Shown here piece by piece: positions 31,521 through 41,068 of a DNA stretch of 64,000 nt (within the stretch, counting starts at the first letter, position 1; each line of letters opens with the position of its first letter). Position numbers and translations under genes: made by a program. The notes below the pieces were generated by a model. It worked only from the letters and a program-made list of their open reading frames with translations, had not been told where the DNA came from and made no database searches. The DNA comes from Anaerolineae bacterium (lineage in GTDB: Bacteria > Chloroflexota > Anaerolineae > Aggregatilineales > Phototrophicaceae): positions 4,116 to 68,115 of the forward strand of contig DAOTWY010000040.1 of the NCBI GenBank assembly GCA_034435635.1. Direction: 5' to 3'.

Positions 31521-32972
31521 ATGAAACGAATAAAACCTGTTTTGCTGATGTTTTTTACGCTTTGCCTTGCTCCAGCAACAGCCCTTACACAATCATTGAC
31601 TTGTTCAGCGATTGTGCAAACTGCGCTGGCGGCGGTTGATGAGCTTTGTACGGATTTGGGGCGTAATCAGGCATGTTATGGGAACATCTCTGTTTCTGCT
31701 GTGCCAAGAGAAGGCGTAACGGATTTTACATTTGAGCAAACCGGTGATGTGATCGACGTTTCGGATTTGCAATCCATGCGTTTAGCCCCGATGGATGTCG
31801 AGAATGGGACGTGGGGCGTGGCAGTTATGAATTTACAAGCCAATTTGCCGGATACATTACCAGGGCAAAATGTGACCTTTGTGTTGTTTGGCGATGTCGA
31901 AATTGAATCCGCTGTCCAAGAAGGCGATGATTATACCCCCATGCAAGCCTTTTATTTGCGCACTGGTATTGGTGATGCTGCCTGTGAAGAAGCCCCTGAA
32001 AGCGGCTTGTTAGTACAAACACCGGAAGGTGTTAGCGAAGTTGCTTTCAACGTCAATGGGGTTGATGTGGCTATGGGATCAACGGTCTTTTTCCAGGCGC
32101 AACCTGAAGATGAGATGGTTGTCTCCACTGTTGAAGGCTCCGCTGTTGTACAGATTAATGGTGAATTACACACAGCTGTTGCGGGCACTCGTTTGCGCTG
32201 GGGAATTAACCGTGACTTACGCCCCGAAAGCTTGCCAAATTTACCAGAAGACTATGACCCAGACCGGATGCAACGCTTGCCTGTGCGTATTCTGCGCCGT
32301 GCTATTCAAATACATGAACCTCTCTCTTCTGAACAATTGGATATGCTACATCATCGCTTGGTAAATGGTGAACCACCTTGCGGTGTAGACCCATTACCAG
32401 ATTGTGAGCGGTTGCCACAACGACTTGGCGATCACTTCCGTTTAACGTGCATTCCTGACGAGCTTTTAGATCGTTTCCCCAATGCAGATTTGCCGCCATG
32501 CTCTAGTTTGTCGGATCGTCCACCCACACATCGCCTCCCGCCACAAGTACAAGCTACCCTGACGGCGGTCAATCTTTCACCCAATGCGGTACGTGCCACG
32601 TTAACGAGTGTTAATATTCAACGCCCACGCATTGCTACGATGACCGCTGTGAATATACCGTTAGCTGATTTTGCAGCGACTGCTACGGCGCATCATGCAC
32701 CACATAACAACCCACCACCGCCCACACGCACACCAACGCATATATCGCCAATAGCCGCCACCCTCACAGCCATCAATCTACCACCTGCAGATGTGATTGC
32801 GACACTAACAGCGGCTGCGGATCACCCTACACGTACGCCAACACCGTATCCATCTCGCACGCCAACAACACCCCCACCGTATACGGAACCACCGCTACCC
32901 ACGCGCACGCCAACACCATATCCATCTCGCACACCAACACCAACGTCTAATGGCCCAACTAGTAGTAATTGA
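31521..32972 (+). CDS. Secreted protein with C-terminal repeat/PT-rich region
   Basis: Track ORF is 31428-32972. ATG 31521 is preferred because GGGAGGTG lies at 31508-31515 and it yields the signal peptide MKRIKPVLLMFFTLCLAPATALTQ. The C-terminal third contains repeated ATLTAVN(L/I)-type motifs and duplicated RTPTPYPSRTPT. Confidence 0.7.
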   Translation: MKRIKPVLLMFFTLCLAPATALTQSLTCSAIVQTALAAVDELCTDLGRNQACYGNISVSAVPREGVTDFTFEQTGDVIDVSDLQSMRLAPMDVENGTWGVAVMNLQANLPDTLPGQNVTFVLFGDVEIESAVQEGDDYTPMQAFYLRTGIGDAACEEAPESGLLVQTPEGVSEVAFNVNGVDVAMGSTVFFQAQPEDEMVVSTVEGSAVVQINGELHTAVAGTRLRWGINRDLRPESLPNLPEDYDPDRMQRLPVRILRRAIQIHEPLSSEQLDMLHHRLVNGEPPCGVDPLPDCERLPQRLGDHFRLTCIPDELLDRFPNADLPPCSSLSDRPPTHRLPPQVQATLTAVNLSPNAVRATLTSVNIQRPRIATMTAVNIPLADFAATATAHHAPHNNPPPPTRTPTHISPIAATLTAINLPPADVIATLTAAADHPTRTPTPYPSRTPTTPPPYTEPPLPTRTPTPYPSRTPTPTSNGPTSSN

Positions 32973-32993
32973 GTGCTGATTATTAAGCAGGCT

Positions 32994-33031
32994 TTGCCGC
33001 AGTATACATAAAAACTGCGGCAATTGTTTTT
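32994..33031 (+). terminator. Rho-independent terminator
   Basis: ttgccgcagt (32994-33003) / actgcggcaa (33014-33023) forms a perfect 10-bp stem with a 10-nt loop, followed by ttgttttt. Confidence 0.65.
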
Positions 33032-33202
33032 CTTTAGAACTTAATCGCATACCTCACACGCTAACTTGCTCTCTTTGGTGGGGAGGGGCTTTTAAAGCGT
33101 ACATACTACTGCCAAAAAGCTTTATTCTTTAGCAAGGAATCACTTGTATCGGTTAATTTTTTGCAATATAATAACTAACAAAAATTAGGTAAGGTAACAG
33201 TC

Positions 33203-33775
33203 GTGAGTTCAAGTGAATCGCGTGAAAGAGTGTTAGATGTCGCTGAAAAGCTTTTCAGCACCTATGGTTATGCCACTGTCAAACTCAAAGATATTGCTAA
33301 AGCCTTAGGTATGCGCCAAGCATCACTCTATTATCATGCGCCGGGTGGCAAAGAAGAATTGTACCTGGAAGTAATGCGACGCAATATGCAACGGCATCGT
33401 CAGGGCTTAGAAGAAGCAATTGCCCAGGCAGATGATTGGCAATCACAACTTCAGGCGGTGGCATATTGGTTTTTATCTCAGCCGCCAATGGACTTCACAC
33501 GCATGATCCATTCAGACTTGCGTGCGGTGCATCCTGAACATGCGCAGCATTTAATTCACATTACATATGAAGCAGTGCTTCAACCCATTGAACAAATTTT
33601 TGAGCGATGCCAGGCTGCTGGGGACATCAGAGCAGTGGATATTAAACTTTTGACAGGGGCTTTTTTGTCTCTCATCCAAGCTGTGCATAGTGTTCCACAA
33701 CAATGGACAAACCGCTCAAAAGAGGAAATGGCAGATGAAGTGCTTGATATTTTGCTTCATGGGTTAACTGCTTAA
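33203..33775 (+). CDS. TetR/AcrR family transcriptional regulator
   Basis: GTG start. The N-terminal HTH is RERVLDVAEKLFSTYGYATVKLKDIAKALGMRQASLYYHAPGGKEELY. Confidence 0.85.
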   Translation: MSSSESRERVLDVAEKLFSTYGYATVKLKDIAKALGMRQASLYYHAPGGKEELYLEVMRRNMQRHRQGLEEAIAQADDWQSQLQAVAYWFLSQPPMDFTRMIHSDLRAVHPEHAQHLIHITYEAVLQPIEQIFERCQAAGDIRAVDIKLLTGAFLSLIQAVHSVPQQWTNRSKEEMADEVLDILLHGLTA

Positions 33776-33841
33776 AAAGCAAACAAGGACACCACTTAAA
33801 GATGCCCTTGTTCAACTCAGTGTTGGGCTAGTTTTTCCCTC

Positions 33842-34198
33842 TTACTCAAAATCCCCCCAAAGCGGGCGAATATACACAATGATAATATATGCCACCAAAA
33901 TCCCCAGGCTTGCCCCGCCAATTGTGGCACGTCCTGTTAAAATTTCTACCAGAGTGACCACTAATGTGGCTAATATCAGTGTATAAACGCCCACTTTAAG
34001 CCAACGGAAAATCGCCTCAATGCTAACAATGGCTAAAGTAAACCAGGTGAGGTAAAGCAGCAACATCCAATCCGCAATAGAGGCGGTGTCTCTTGCCAGT
34101 GTCGCTATGCCGAACATCAAACTAATTGCAGCGACAATCTGGATTAATCGGAGCAATATCCGTAACTCAGAACTGAATTTGCTCACATGGGATGGCAT
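33842..34198 (-). CDS. Small integral membrane protein, hypothetical
   Basis: 118 aa with 3-4 hydrophobic helices. No family recognised. Confidence 0.5.
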   Translation of the reverse strand: MPSHVSKFSSELRILLRLIQIVAAISLMFGIATLARDTASIADWMLLLYLTWFTLAIVSIEAIFRWLKVGVYTLILATLVVTLVEILTGRATIGGASLGILVAYIIIVYIRPLWGDFE

Positions 34199-34334
34199 AC
34201 TTCACCTCCCTGGCTAACTGTTAAGTTGAAAAAAATATTTTTTTAATAATCTTGATTTATTTTCAGCTTATGCGTTTTTCTAATTGATTGATAGTGCGAA
34301 ATATCATGTTCAAAATATGACACTTGTTTAGTTT

Positions 34335-34362
34335 TTGCATTTCTTTCTTCAAAACTTATAAT
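34335..34362 (+). promoter_or_regulatory. Putative sigma70-type promoter of acs
   Basis: TTGCAT (34335-34340), 16-nt spacer, TATAAT (34357-34362). Confidence 0.35.
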
Positions 34363-34397
34363 CGTAGACAAACTAATGTTTTTTAGGAGTCCGCCTG

Positions 34398-36305
34398 ATG
34401 TCTGATAAAGAATTTCAAACAAATACCTCAGAATGGTTTTATCCTCCAGAACATATTGTCCAAAATGCTAACGTGCCAGATTATGAGACGGTCTATCAAA
34501 AAGCGGTAGAAGACCCCATCAGCTTTTGGGCAGAACGTGCCGAAACACTGGAATGGTATCAAAAATGGGATAAAGTCCTCGATGATAGCAATGCCCCCTT
34601 TTATAAATGGTTCACCGGTGGCAAAACCAATATTGTTCTAAACGCCTTAGATCGCCATCAAAAAACCTGGCGACGCAATAAGCTCGCCATTATTTGGGAA
34701 GGCGAGGATGGAGAAAAACGCTCTTTTTCCTATTGGCGGTTGAACCAAGAAGTCTGCAAATTTGCCAATGTCTTACGTAGTATGGGGGTTCGTAAAGGCG
34801 ATACCGTCACTATCTATATGGGACGCACACCAGAGATTGTTATCGCGATGCTGGCATGTGCCAAAGTTGGCGCAATCCACAGTGTTATTTACGGTGGTTT
34901 TAGTGAGCAAGCTATCGCTGATCGTATTGAAGATGCCAAAAGTCGTGTGATGATTACCAGTGATGGGGCATGGTTGCGCGGGCAGATTGTGCCACTTAAG
35001 GATAACGTGGATAAGGCTATTGATCGTTCACCGATTGTTGAGCATGTCATTGTTGTCAAGCGCACCGGGCAAGATGTTTCGATGGTGCAGGGGCGTGACT
35101 ATTGGTATCATGATCTTATGGCGTTACCTATTGCCAGCACCCGCTCCGAAACAGAAGTGATGGATGCTGAAGACCCCTTATTTATCCTCTATACCAGTGG
35201 TACAACTGGCAAGCCAAAAGGTATTTTACACACACATGGTGGGTATCAGGTTTATACCTCCACAACCTTAAGCTGGGTGTTTGATATTAAAGATGATGAT
35301 CGTTGGTGGTGTGCTGCGGATCCAGGCTGGATCACAGGGCATAGTTATATTGTCTATGCGCCGCTGATTTTGGGAGCAACCAGTATTATCTATGAAGGCG
35401 CACCCACTTATCCTTATCCAGATCGCTGGTGGCGCATTGTTGAAGATTATGGCGTGACAATCCTTTACACCGCGCCAACGGCTATTCGTGGCTTAATGCG
35501 TTTTGGGGATGCTTGGCCCAACCGACGTGATCTCAGTAGTTTGCGTCTATTAGGGAGTGTGGGGGAGCCGATCAATCCAGAAGCCTGGAAGTGGTTCTAT
35601 AACGTCATCGGCAAGGGAAAATGTCCCATTATGGATACCTGGTGGCAGACCGAAACCGGTGGGTTTATGATTACACCACTGCCCAGTGTTCCCTTAAAAC
35701 CTGGTAGTGCTACCCGCCCATTCCCTGGCATTGTCGTGGATGTTGTTGATGAAGATGGGAACTCCTGCCCACCTAATGAAGACGGTAAACTGGTCATTAA
35801 AACACCTTGGCCCAGTATGTTGCGCACTATTTGGGGGGATGACCAGCGATATATCAATCAATATTGGAGTGCTTATCAAGAACAAGGCTGGTATCTCGCT
35901 GGCGATTCGGCTCGCAAGGACGAAGACGGCTATATCTGGGTCATTGGGCGTATTGATGATGTCATTAAAGTCAGTGGTTATCGGCTTGGAACTGCTGAAA
36001 TTGAATCCGGTTTAGTCAGTCATCCTGCTGTTGCAGAAGCCGCTGTCATTGGCGTACCGGATGAAGTGAAGGGTAATGTCATCTATGCCTACTGCATCTT
36101 GGTCGCGGGGGAAACTGGTAGCGACGAATTAGCCAAAGAACTACGTGAACACGTTCGTCATGAAGTTGGTCCAATCGCTATGCCCACCAAAATTGAATTT
36201 GTGGATAAACTCCCCAAAACACGCTCCGGTAAGATCATGCGGCGCGTGCTCAAGGCGCGTGCTATGGGCTTGCCAGAAGGTGACCTCAGCACATTGGAAG
36301 ATTAA
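34398..36305 (+). CDS. acs: Acetyl-CoA synthetase (acetate--CoA ligase)
   Basis: 635 aa. Motifs YTSGTTGKPKG, DTWWQTETGG and C-terminal SGKIMRR. It is collinear with Acs over its full length. Confidence 0.92.
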   Translation: MSDKEFQTNTSEWFYPPEHIVQNANVPDYETVYQKAVEDPISFWAERAETLEWYQKWDKVLDDSNAPFYKWFTGGKTNIVLNALDRHQKTWRRNKLAIIWEGEDGEKRSFSYWRLNQEVCKFANVLRSMGVRKGDTVTIYMGRTPEIVIAMLACAKVGAIHSVIYGGFSEQAIADRIEDAKSRVMITSDGAWLRGQIVPLKDNVDKAIDRSPIVEHVIVVKRTGQDVSMVQGRDYWYHDLMALPIASTRSETEVMDAEDPLFILYTSGTTGKPKGILHTHGGYQVYTSTTLSWVFDIKDDDRWWCAADPGWITGHSYIVYAPLILGATSIIYEGAPTYPYPDRWWRIVEDYGVTILYTAPTAIRGLMRFGDAWPNRRDLSSLRLLGSVGEPINPEAWKWFYNVIGKGKCPIMDTWWQTETGGFMITPLPSVPLKPGSATRPFPGIVVDVVDEDGNSCPPNEDGKLVIKTPWPSMLRTIWGDDQRYINQYWSAYQEQGWYLAGDSARKDEDGYIWVIGRIDDVIKVSGYRLGTAEIESGLVSHPAVAEAAVIGVPDEVKGNVIYAYCILVAGETGSDELAKELREHVRHEVGPIAMPTKIEFVDKLPKTRSGKIMRRVLKARAMGLPEGDLSTLED

Positions 36306-36311
36306 AACAAC

Positions 36312-36342
36312 AAAGCGGATCAAGCACATTGATCCGCTTTTT
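36312..36342. terminator. Bidirectional rho-independent terminator
   Basis: aaagcggatcaa (36312-36323) / ttgatccgcttt (36329-36340) forms a 12-bp stem with a 5-nt loop. A/T runs lie on both sides, between convergent genes. Confidence 0.65.
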
Positions 36343-36362
36343 CAAAACCATGATTATCGCTG

Positions 36363-37211
36363 TTAATCAAGCCGTGTGACTTTTTCCGCTGGCACATACA
36401 CCGGCTCACATCCACCCAGGAATAACCCATACCATGTTTCGTTTTCATAAGTCTGGATGTCAATAATCAGGTAGGTGTCATAACCGTTGCCATCCACATC
36501 ATGCAGCATCGGGAGCAGGCTATTATCCGCCTGACGAATTTCATCGCGCCCAGGTTGCCCATAACCCACTAGTTGCTCATCAATCCGCGCCATGCCATAA
36601 ATCGTGGTGTCTCGCTCACAAATCGATACCACATTTTTCATATGGTAGCGAATTGCCATAATGCCATAACAATCTCCAGCATTTCCATTATGACTGAGGA
36701 TGACATATGCAATTTCTGCAATTTCATCTCCTTGTGTACTAACACTCAACGTTGTCAGTCCATACGACGCAGTGTCTTGATCAACTACGGAGCCACTTGA
36801 ATCATACGCGGTTAGCGTTATACCACCTTGTTGTAGCATGGGGCGCATCGCAAAGCCCAATGATGTTGGTCCTGGGATTGTGGCTGCGATTGTATCAACC
36901 TCAACGTAATCTGCCGGGTTGACAAAATCGACACGTAAGTTGACGCTGCTTTGATCAAACCGTGATGTAATCCCAGACGAACTTTCAAAACCAAATCCTT
37001 GCTCAAAACTACACCATACTTCTTTTGAATAAACATTGGATGAGGTAGAGTCGCCTCCATTAGCAGAAAGTGTCACGCCGGGAAAAGCATTAGAAATGTT
37101 TGCTTCATCAAAATATCCATCAGGATCAATCGTTATCATACTTTGCGCAGAAACAGACCAAGCATGAATCATCAATACACTAAAAATCATCAATACAAAA
37201 AAGCGTTTCAT
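36363..37211 (-). CDS. Secreted hypothetical protein
   Basis: Track ORF is 36363-37253. ATG 37211 is preferred because GGAGG lies at 37216-37220 and it yields the signal peptide MKRFFVLMIFSVLMIHAWSVSAQ. No family recognised. Confidence 0.65.
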   Translation of the reverse strand: MKRFFVLMIFSVLMIHAWSVSAQSMITIDPDGYFDEANISNAFPGVTLSANGGDSTSSNVYSKEVWCSFEQGFGFESSSGITSRFDQSSVNLRVDFVNPADYVEVDTIAATIPGPTSLGFAMRPMLQQGGITLTAYDSSGSVVDQDTASYGLTTLSVSTQGDEIAEIAYVILSHNGNAGDCYGIMAIRYHMKNVVSICERDTTIYGMARIDEQLVGYGQPGRDEIRQADNSLLPMLHDVDGNGYDTYLIIDIQTYENETWYGLFLGGCEPVYVPAEKVTRLD

Positions 37212-37418
37212 GAAACCTCCACGTTGCAAGTTGCGTACTATTTGTAGATTCAATCTACCTTACTAGTTCTAATACAATAACATACTCGTTGTATTGCGTA
37301 ATGAAAAATAAACGATTTTTTATAACTATGTTTCTTTGTAAAAACTGCACGATATGATTCTTGACTGCCTTGCGTTACAATGTGAGCCAGTTCACAAATA
37401 GCCTCTAGGGGAGAATCT

Positions 37419-38510
37419 ATGAGCGACCATGTTCGTTTGGTGTTACCCGGTCCAGTAGAAGTTCGTAAGGAAATTCTGGAAGCACAGACCGCCTGGATGA
37501 TCGGTCATCGTCAACCCGCTTTTGCTACATTATTCGCCAGCCTTCAGGAAAAACTCAAACAAGTCTTTTTTACCCAAAATCGTGTTATTGTTAGCGGTTC
37601 ATCTGGCACGGGCTTATGGGAAGGTGCATCTCGCAATTGTATCCGTGATGATAAACGTGTGTTGCACTTAGTAGGTGGTGCATTTAGCGAACGCTGGGCA
37701 CAAATCAGCCAGGCAAACGGCAAACAAGTCGATGTTATCGAGGTGGATTGGGGCAACGCTTATACACCGGAGATGGTCGCGGATGCCCTTAAAAAACAAT
37801 CTTATGACGCTGTTTGCGCTGTTCATAATGAAACCAGCACCGGCGTGACCAACCCCATTAAAGAAATTGGTGAGGTCATCCGCCAATATGAAGACACCCT
37901 CTTTTTAGTTGATTCTGTCAGTGGAATTTTAGGTGCAGAGCTACGCACGGATGATTGGGGCATTGATGTTGTCCTCACCTCGTCACAAAAAGCGTTTGCA
38001 TTACCACCAGGAATTGCTTTTGCTGCGGTTAGTGATCGCGTGTTAGAACGTGCCAAACAAATCCCACATCGGGGTTATTATTTTGATTTTATTGAGTTAG
38101 ATAAAAGCCTCCAGAAGAACAATACCCCCTCTACGCCACCAATTTCTTTGATGTATGCCGCTGATCGTCAACTCACTGATGTATTGAATGAAGGTATGGA
38201 AAATCGCTGGCAACGTCATCTACAAATGCGCCAAATCACTCACGAATGGGCTATTGAGCATGGCTTTGGTTTATTTGCGCAAGATGGCTATCGGTCGCCG
38301 ACCGTTACTACCGTTGATAATCGCCAAAAACAAGTTGATGTTAACGACATGGCAAAATTCATGATCAACGAAAAACAATATGCCATTGATAAAGGCTACG
38401 GCAAAATCAAAGGGGAGACGTTCCGAATTGCCCATATGGGAGACATGACCGTTGATACCCTTAAAGACGTTTTAACTGGTCTCAGTGAATATTTGACAAA
38501 GGGGGCATGA
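37419..38510 (+). CDS. Class-V PLP aminotransferase (serine-glyoxylate / phosphoserine aminotransferase type)
   Basis: The PLP-Lys context is TSSQKAFALPPG, and the overall layout matches class V. A GGGGAG RBS is present. The stop overlaps the downstream start (ATGA). Confidence 0.8.
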   Translation: MSDHVRLVLPGPVEVRKEILEAQTAWMIGHRQPAFATLFASLQEKLKQVFFTQNRVIVSGSSGTGLWEGASRNCIRDDKRVLHLVGGAFSERWAQISQANGKQVDVIEVDWGNAYTPEMVADALKKQSYDAVCAVHNETSTGVTNPIKEIGEVIRQYEDTLFLVDSVSGILGAELRTDDWGIDVVLTSSQKAFALPPGIAFAAVSDRVLERAKQIPHRGYYFDFIELDKSLQKNNTPSTPPISLMYAADRQLTDVLNEGMENRWQRHLQMRQITHEWAIEHGFGLFAQDGYRSPTVTTVDNRQKQVDVNDMAKFMINEKQYAIDKGYGKIKGETFRIAHMGDMTVDTLKDVLTGLSEYLTKGA

Positions 38511-39460
38511 TGTATCACATCCTTATACCAGACAATGTGGACAGCAGCGCAATTGAACTCTTGCAAAAAGTTGATACTTTCCAGGTCAATGCCCCTGGTA
38601 AATTAAGCCGTGAAGATGCCCTTGCTGCTGTGGCAAATGCCCACGCCATGATCATCCGTAGTGCTATCACGGCTGACGCTGAGTTGCTCAACGCTGCCCC
38701 TAATCTAAAAATGATTGCTCGTGCAGGTGTTGGGGTAGATAACGTTGATCTTCAGGTTGCGACTGAACGCGGTATCGTTGTGATGAATACCCCAGACGGC
38801 AACACAATTTCCACCGCTGAGTTTGCCTTTGGTCTGATGCTGGCTCTCGCTCGTCACATTCCCTTTGGCGATCATTCCATGCGTCAGGGTAAATGGGATC
38901 GTAAGGCATTTATGGGGGTGGAGTTGCGCGGAAAAACACTCGGAATCATTGGCTTTGGACGCATTGGGCAGACTGTTGCCAAACGTGCATTGGCTTTTGA
39001 TATGACCGTCATCGCACATGATCCCTTTGTCAAACAGACAGATTTAAACGTCGAATTGGTTGATCAGGATACACTTTATAGTCGGGCGGATTTCATCACA
39101 CTCCATACTGTCATCACAGATGAAACCCGCTGTATGATTAATGCGCAAAGCCTCGCAAAAATGAAGCCCGGTGTACGCATCATCAACACAGCCCGCGGCG
39201 CGCTTATTGACGACGCTGCTCTAGCAGAGGCTCTTAACCAGGGTAAAGTTGCTGGTGCTGCATTGGATGTGTATCATCAAGAGCCGCCTCCTCAAGATCA
39301 TCCATTGCTGAATCATCCCAACGTGATCCATACCCCGCACCTGGCTGCTAGTACCTCTGATGCACAGATTCAGGTCGCCGTGGATGCGGCGCAACAAGTG
39401 ATTGATGCACTGACCAAAGGCGAATATCGAAACGTTGTCAATCCTGATGTTCTTAAATAA
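38507..39460 (+). CDS. serA: D-3-phosphoglycerate dehydrogenase-like 2-hydroxyacid dehydrogenase (short form, no ACT domain)
   Basis: NAD-binding motif GIIGFGRIGQ and catalytic region NTARGALID...HTPHLAAST. It is translationally coupled to the aminotransferase. Substrate assignment rests on context. Confidence 0.75.
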   Translation: MMYHILIPDNVDSSAIELLQKVDTFQVNAPGKLSREDALAAVANAHAMIIRSAITADAELLNAAPNLKMIARAGVGVDNVDLQVATERGIVVMNTPDGNTISTAEFAFGLMLALARHIPFGDHSMRQGKWDRKAFMGVELRGKTLGIIGFGRIGQTVAKRALAFDMTVIAHDPFVKQTDLNVELVDQDTLYSRADFITLHTVITDETRCMINAQSLAKMKPGVRIINTARGALIDDAALAEALNQGKVAGAALDVYHQEPPPQDHPLLNHPNVIHTPHLAASTSDAQIQVAVDAAQQVIDALTKGEYRNVVNPDVLK

Positions 39461-39463
39461 TTC

Positions 39464-39485
39464 GGGGGCGTAAGCCCCTTTTTTA
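39464..39485 (+). terminator. Rho-independent terminator
   Basis: ggggc (39465-39469), loop gtaa, gcccc (39474-39478), followed by T6. Confidence 0.65.
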
Positions 39486-39658
39486 TTACCCCAAATGCTT
39501 GTCACCAACAATACATACGATACTCCTTAAACATATTTAAATCATCCCCACGCTACACATAATGATTAATTTCTTAAGCTGTGTTTTAGTGCAGTTTTAT
39601 AAAATATAGTGTATAATTTGCACAAAAATCTAATTATTTTAGAAAACGGAATCTCGCC

Positions 39659-40876
39659 ATGCTAAACACACAGTTACATACTCAGGATTACATCGATTTA
39701 GAAAATCAATACAACGCCCGTAACTATAAACCGCTTGACGTGGTCTTAGAACGTGGTGAGGGCATTTGGGTGTGGGATGTAGAAGGAAACAAATATCTTG
39801 ATTTCTTAAGTGCCTATTCTGCCGTTAACCAAGGGCACGCTCATCCGCGCATTTTGAACGCCATGATTGAACAGGCAACCAAACTCCCGCTTACTTCCCG
39901 TGCTTTTCGCAATAATCAACTACCATTGTTGGCAAAACAATTGTGCGAATTACTCGGCTATCAAAAAATGCTCCCTATGAATAGCGGGGCAGAGGCAGTA
40001 GAAACCGCCATCAAAATGAGCCGTAAATGGGGATATAAAGTCAAAGGCGTGCCAGAAGGTAAGGCAGAAATTATTGCATGCCATGGGAACTTTGCCGGAC
40101 GCACCACAACCATTATCAGCTTTAGCGATGAGCCGCAATATCAAGACGGGTTTGGTCCTTTTACACCTGGTTTCAAACTTGTACCGTATGGTGATGCCGA
40201 GGCACTCCAAGCAGCGATTACCCCTAATACTGTCGCGTTTATTGTTGAACCGATCCAAGGTGAGGGTGGGGTAATCGTCCCACCAGAGGGCTATTTGAAG
40301 CGTGTACGTGAAATTTGCACACAGCACAATGTTTTGCTTATCACCGATGAAGTACAAACCGGATTAGGACGCACCGGGCGGCTGTTAGCATCTCACTGGG
40401 AGGAGATTCGCGCTGATGTTGTGACACTCGGCAAAGCCTTATCTGGTGGATTTTATCCGGTCTCTGCTGTTTTAGCCGATGATAACATCATGGGTGTGTT
40501 TAACCCTGGCGATCATGGATCAACCTTCGGTGGCAATCCCTTGGCGGCTGCAATCGCACGAGAAGCACTTCATGTCTTAATTGATGAACGCCTGCCGGAA
40601 AACGCAGACGCAATGGGGACTTATTTAATGACCTCTCTACGGCAAATCAACAGCAAGCATATTAAAGAAGTGCGTGGCAAGGGCTTACTCATCGGCGTAG
40701 AATTGAACGAACAGGCTGGCGGGGCGCGTCGTTTTTGTGAGGCATTAATGCACGAAGGCTTGCTTTGTAAAGAAACACATCATACTGTGGTACGCTTTGC
40801 CCCACCGCTGACAATCACTCGTGATGAGATTGATTGGGCACTTGAACGCATCGAGCGCGTTTTCATGATGGACTAA
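39659..40876 (+). CDS. rocD: Ornithine aminotransferase (ornithine--oxo-acid transaminase)
   Basis: Class-III aminotransferase. Motifs LSAYSAVNQGHAHPRI, LTSRAFRN and DEVQTGLGRTG. It is collinear with RocD/OAT. Confidence 0.85.
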   Translation: MLNTQLHTQDYIDLENQYNARNYKPLDVVLERGEGIWVWDVEGNKYLDFLSAYSAVNQGHAHPRILNAMIEQATKLPLTSRAFRNNQLPLLAKQLCELLGYQKMLPMNSGAEAVETAIKMSRKWGYKVKGVPEGKAEIIACHGNFAGRTTTIISFSDEPQYQDGFGPFTPGFKLVPYGDAEALQAAITPNTVAFIVEPIQGEGGVIVPPEGYLKRVREICTQHNVLLITDEVQTGLGRTGRLLASHWEEIRADVVTLGKALSGGFYPVSAVLADDNIMGVFNPGDHGSTFGGNPLAAAIAREALHVLIDERLPENADAMGTYLMTSLRQINSKHIKEVRGKGLLIGVELNEQAGGARRFCEALMHEGLLCKETHHTVVRFAPPLTITRDEIDWALERIERVFMMD

Positions 40877-41068
40877 CAATATACTCACCAGCAATACCAG
40901 GGCAGGGTTAACATCCTGCTCTTTTTGATTCTATCAATCTTGTCGTATTCAAAGCAGCAAGTTACTACCCATTTGGGTGGGTACAGCCTATACACAAAGA
41001 CGATGCGCTTATCTACTCAATCGTGGCATCCTAAAAGTGCAAATCACGTTTTAGGAGTTCAGTTAAAA

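Noticed and set aside
39950-40357. Minus-strand 135-aa ORF inside rocD
   Set aside because: It is antisense to a full-length, motif-rich aminotransferase gene and shows no independent signals.
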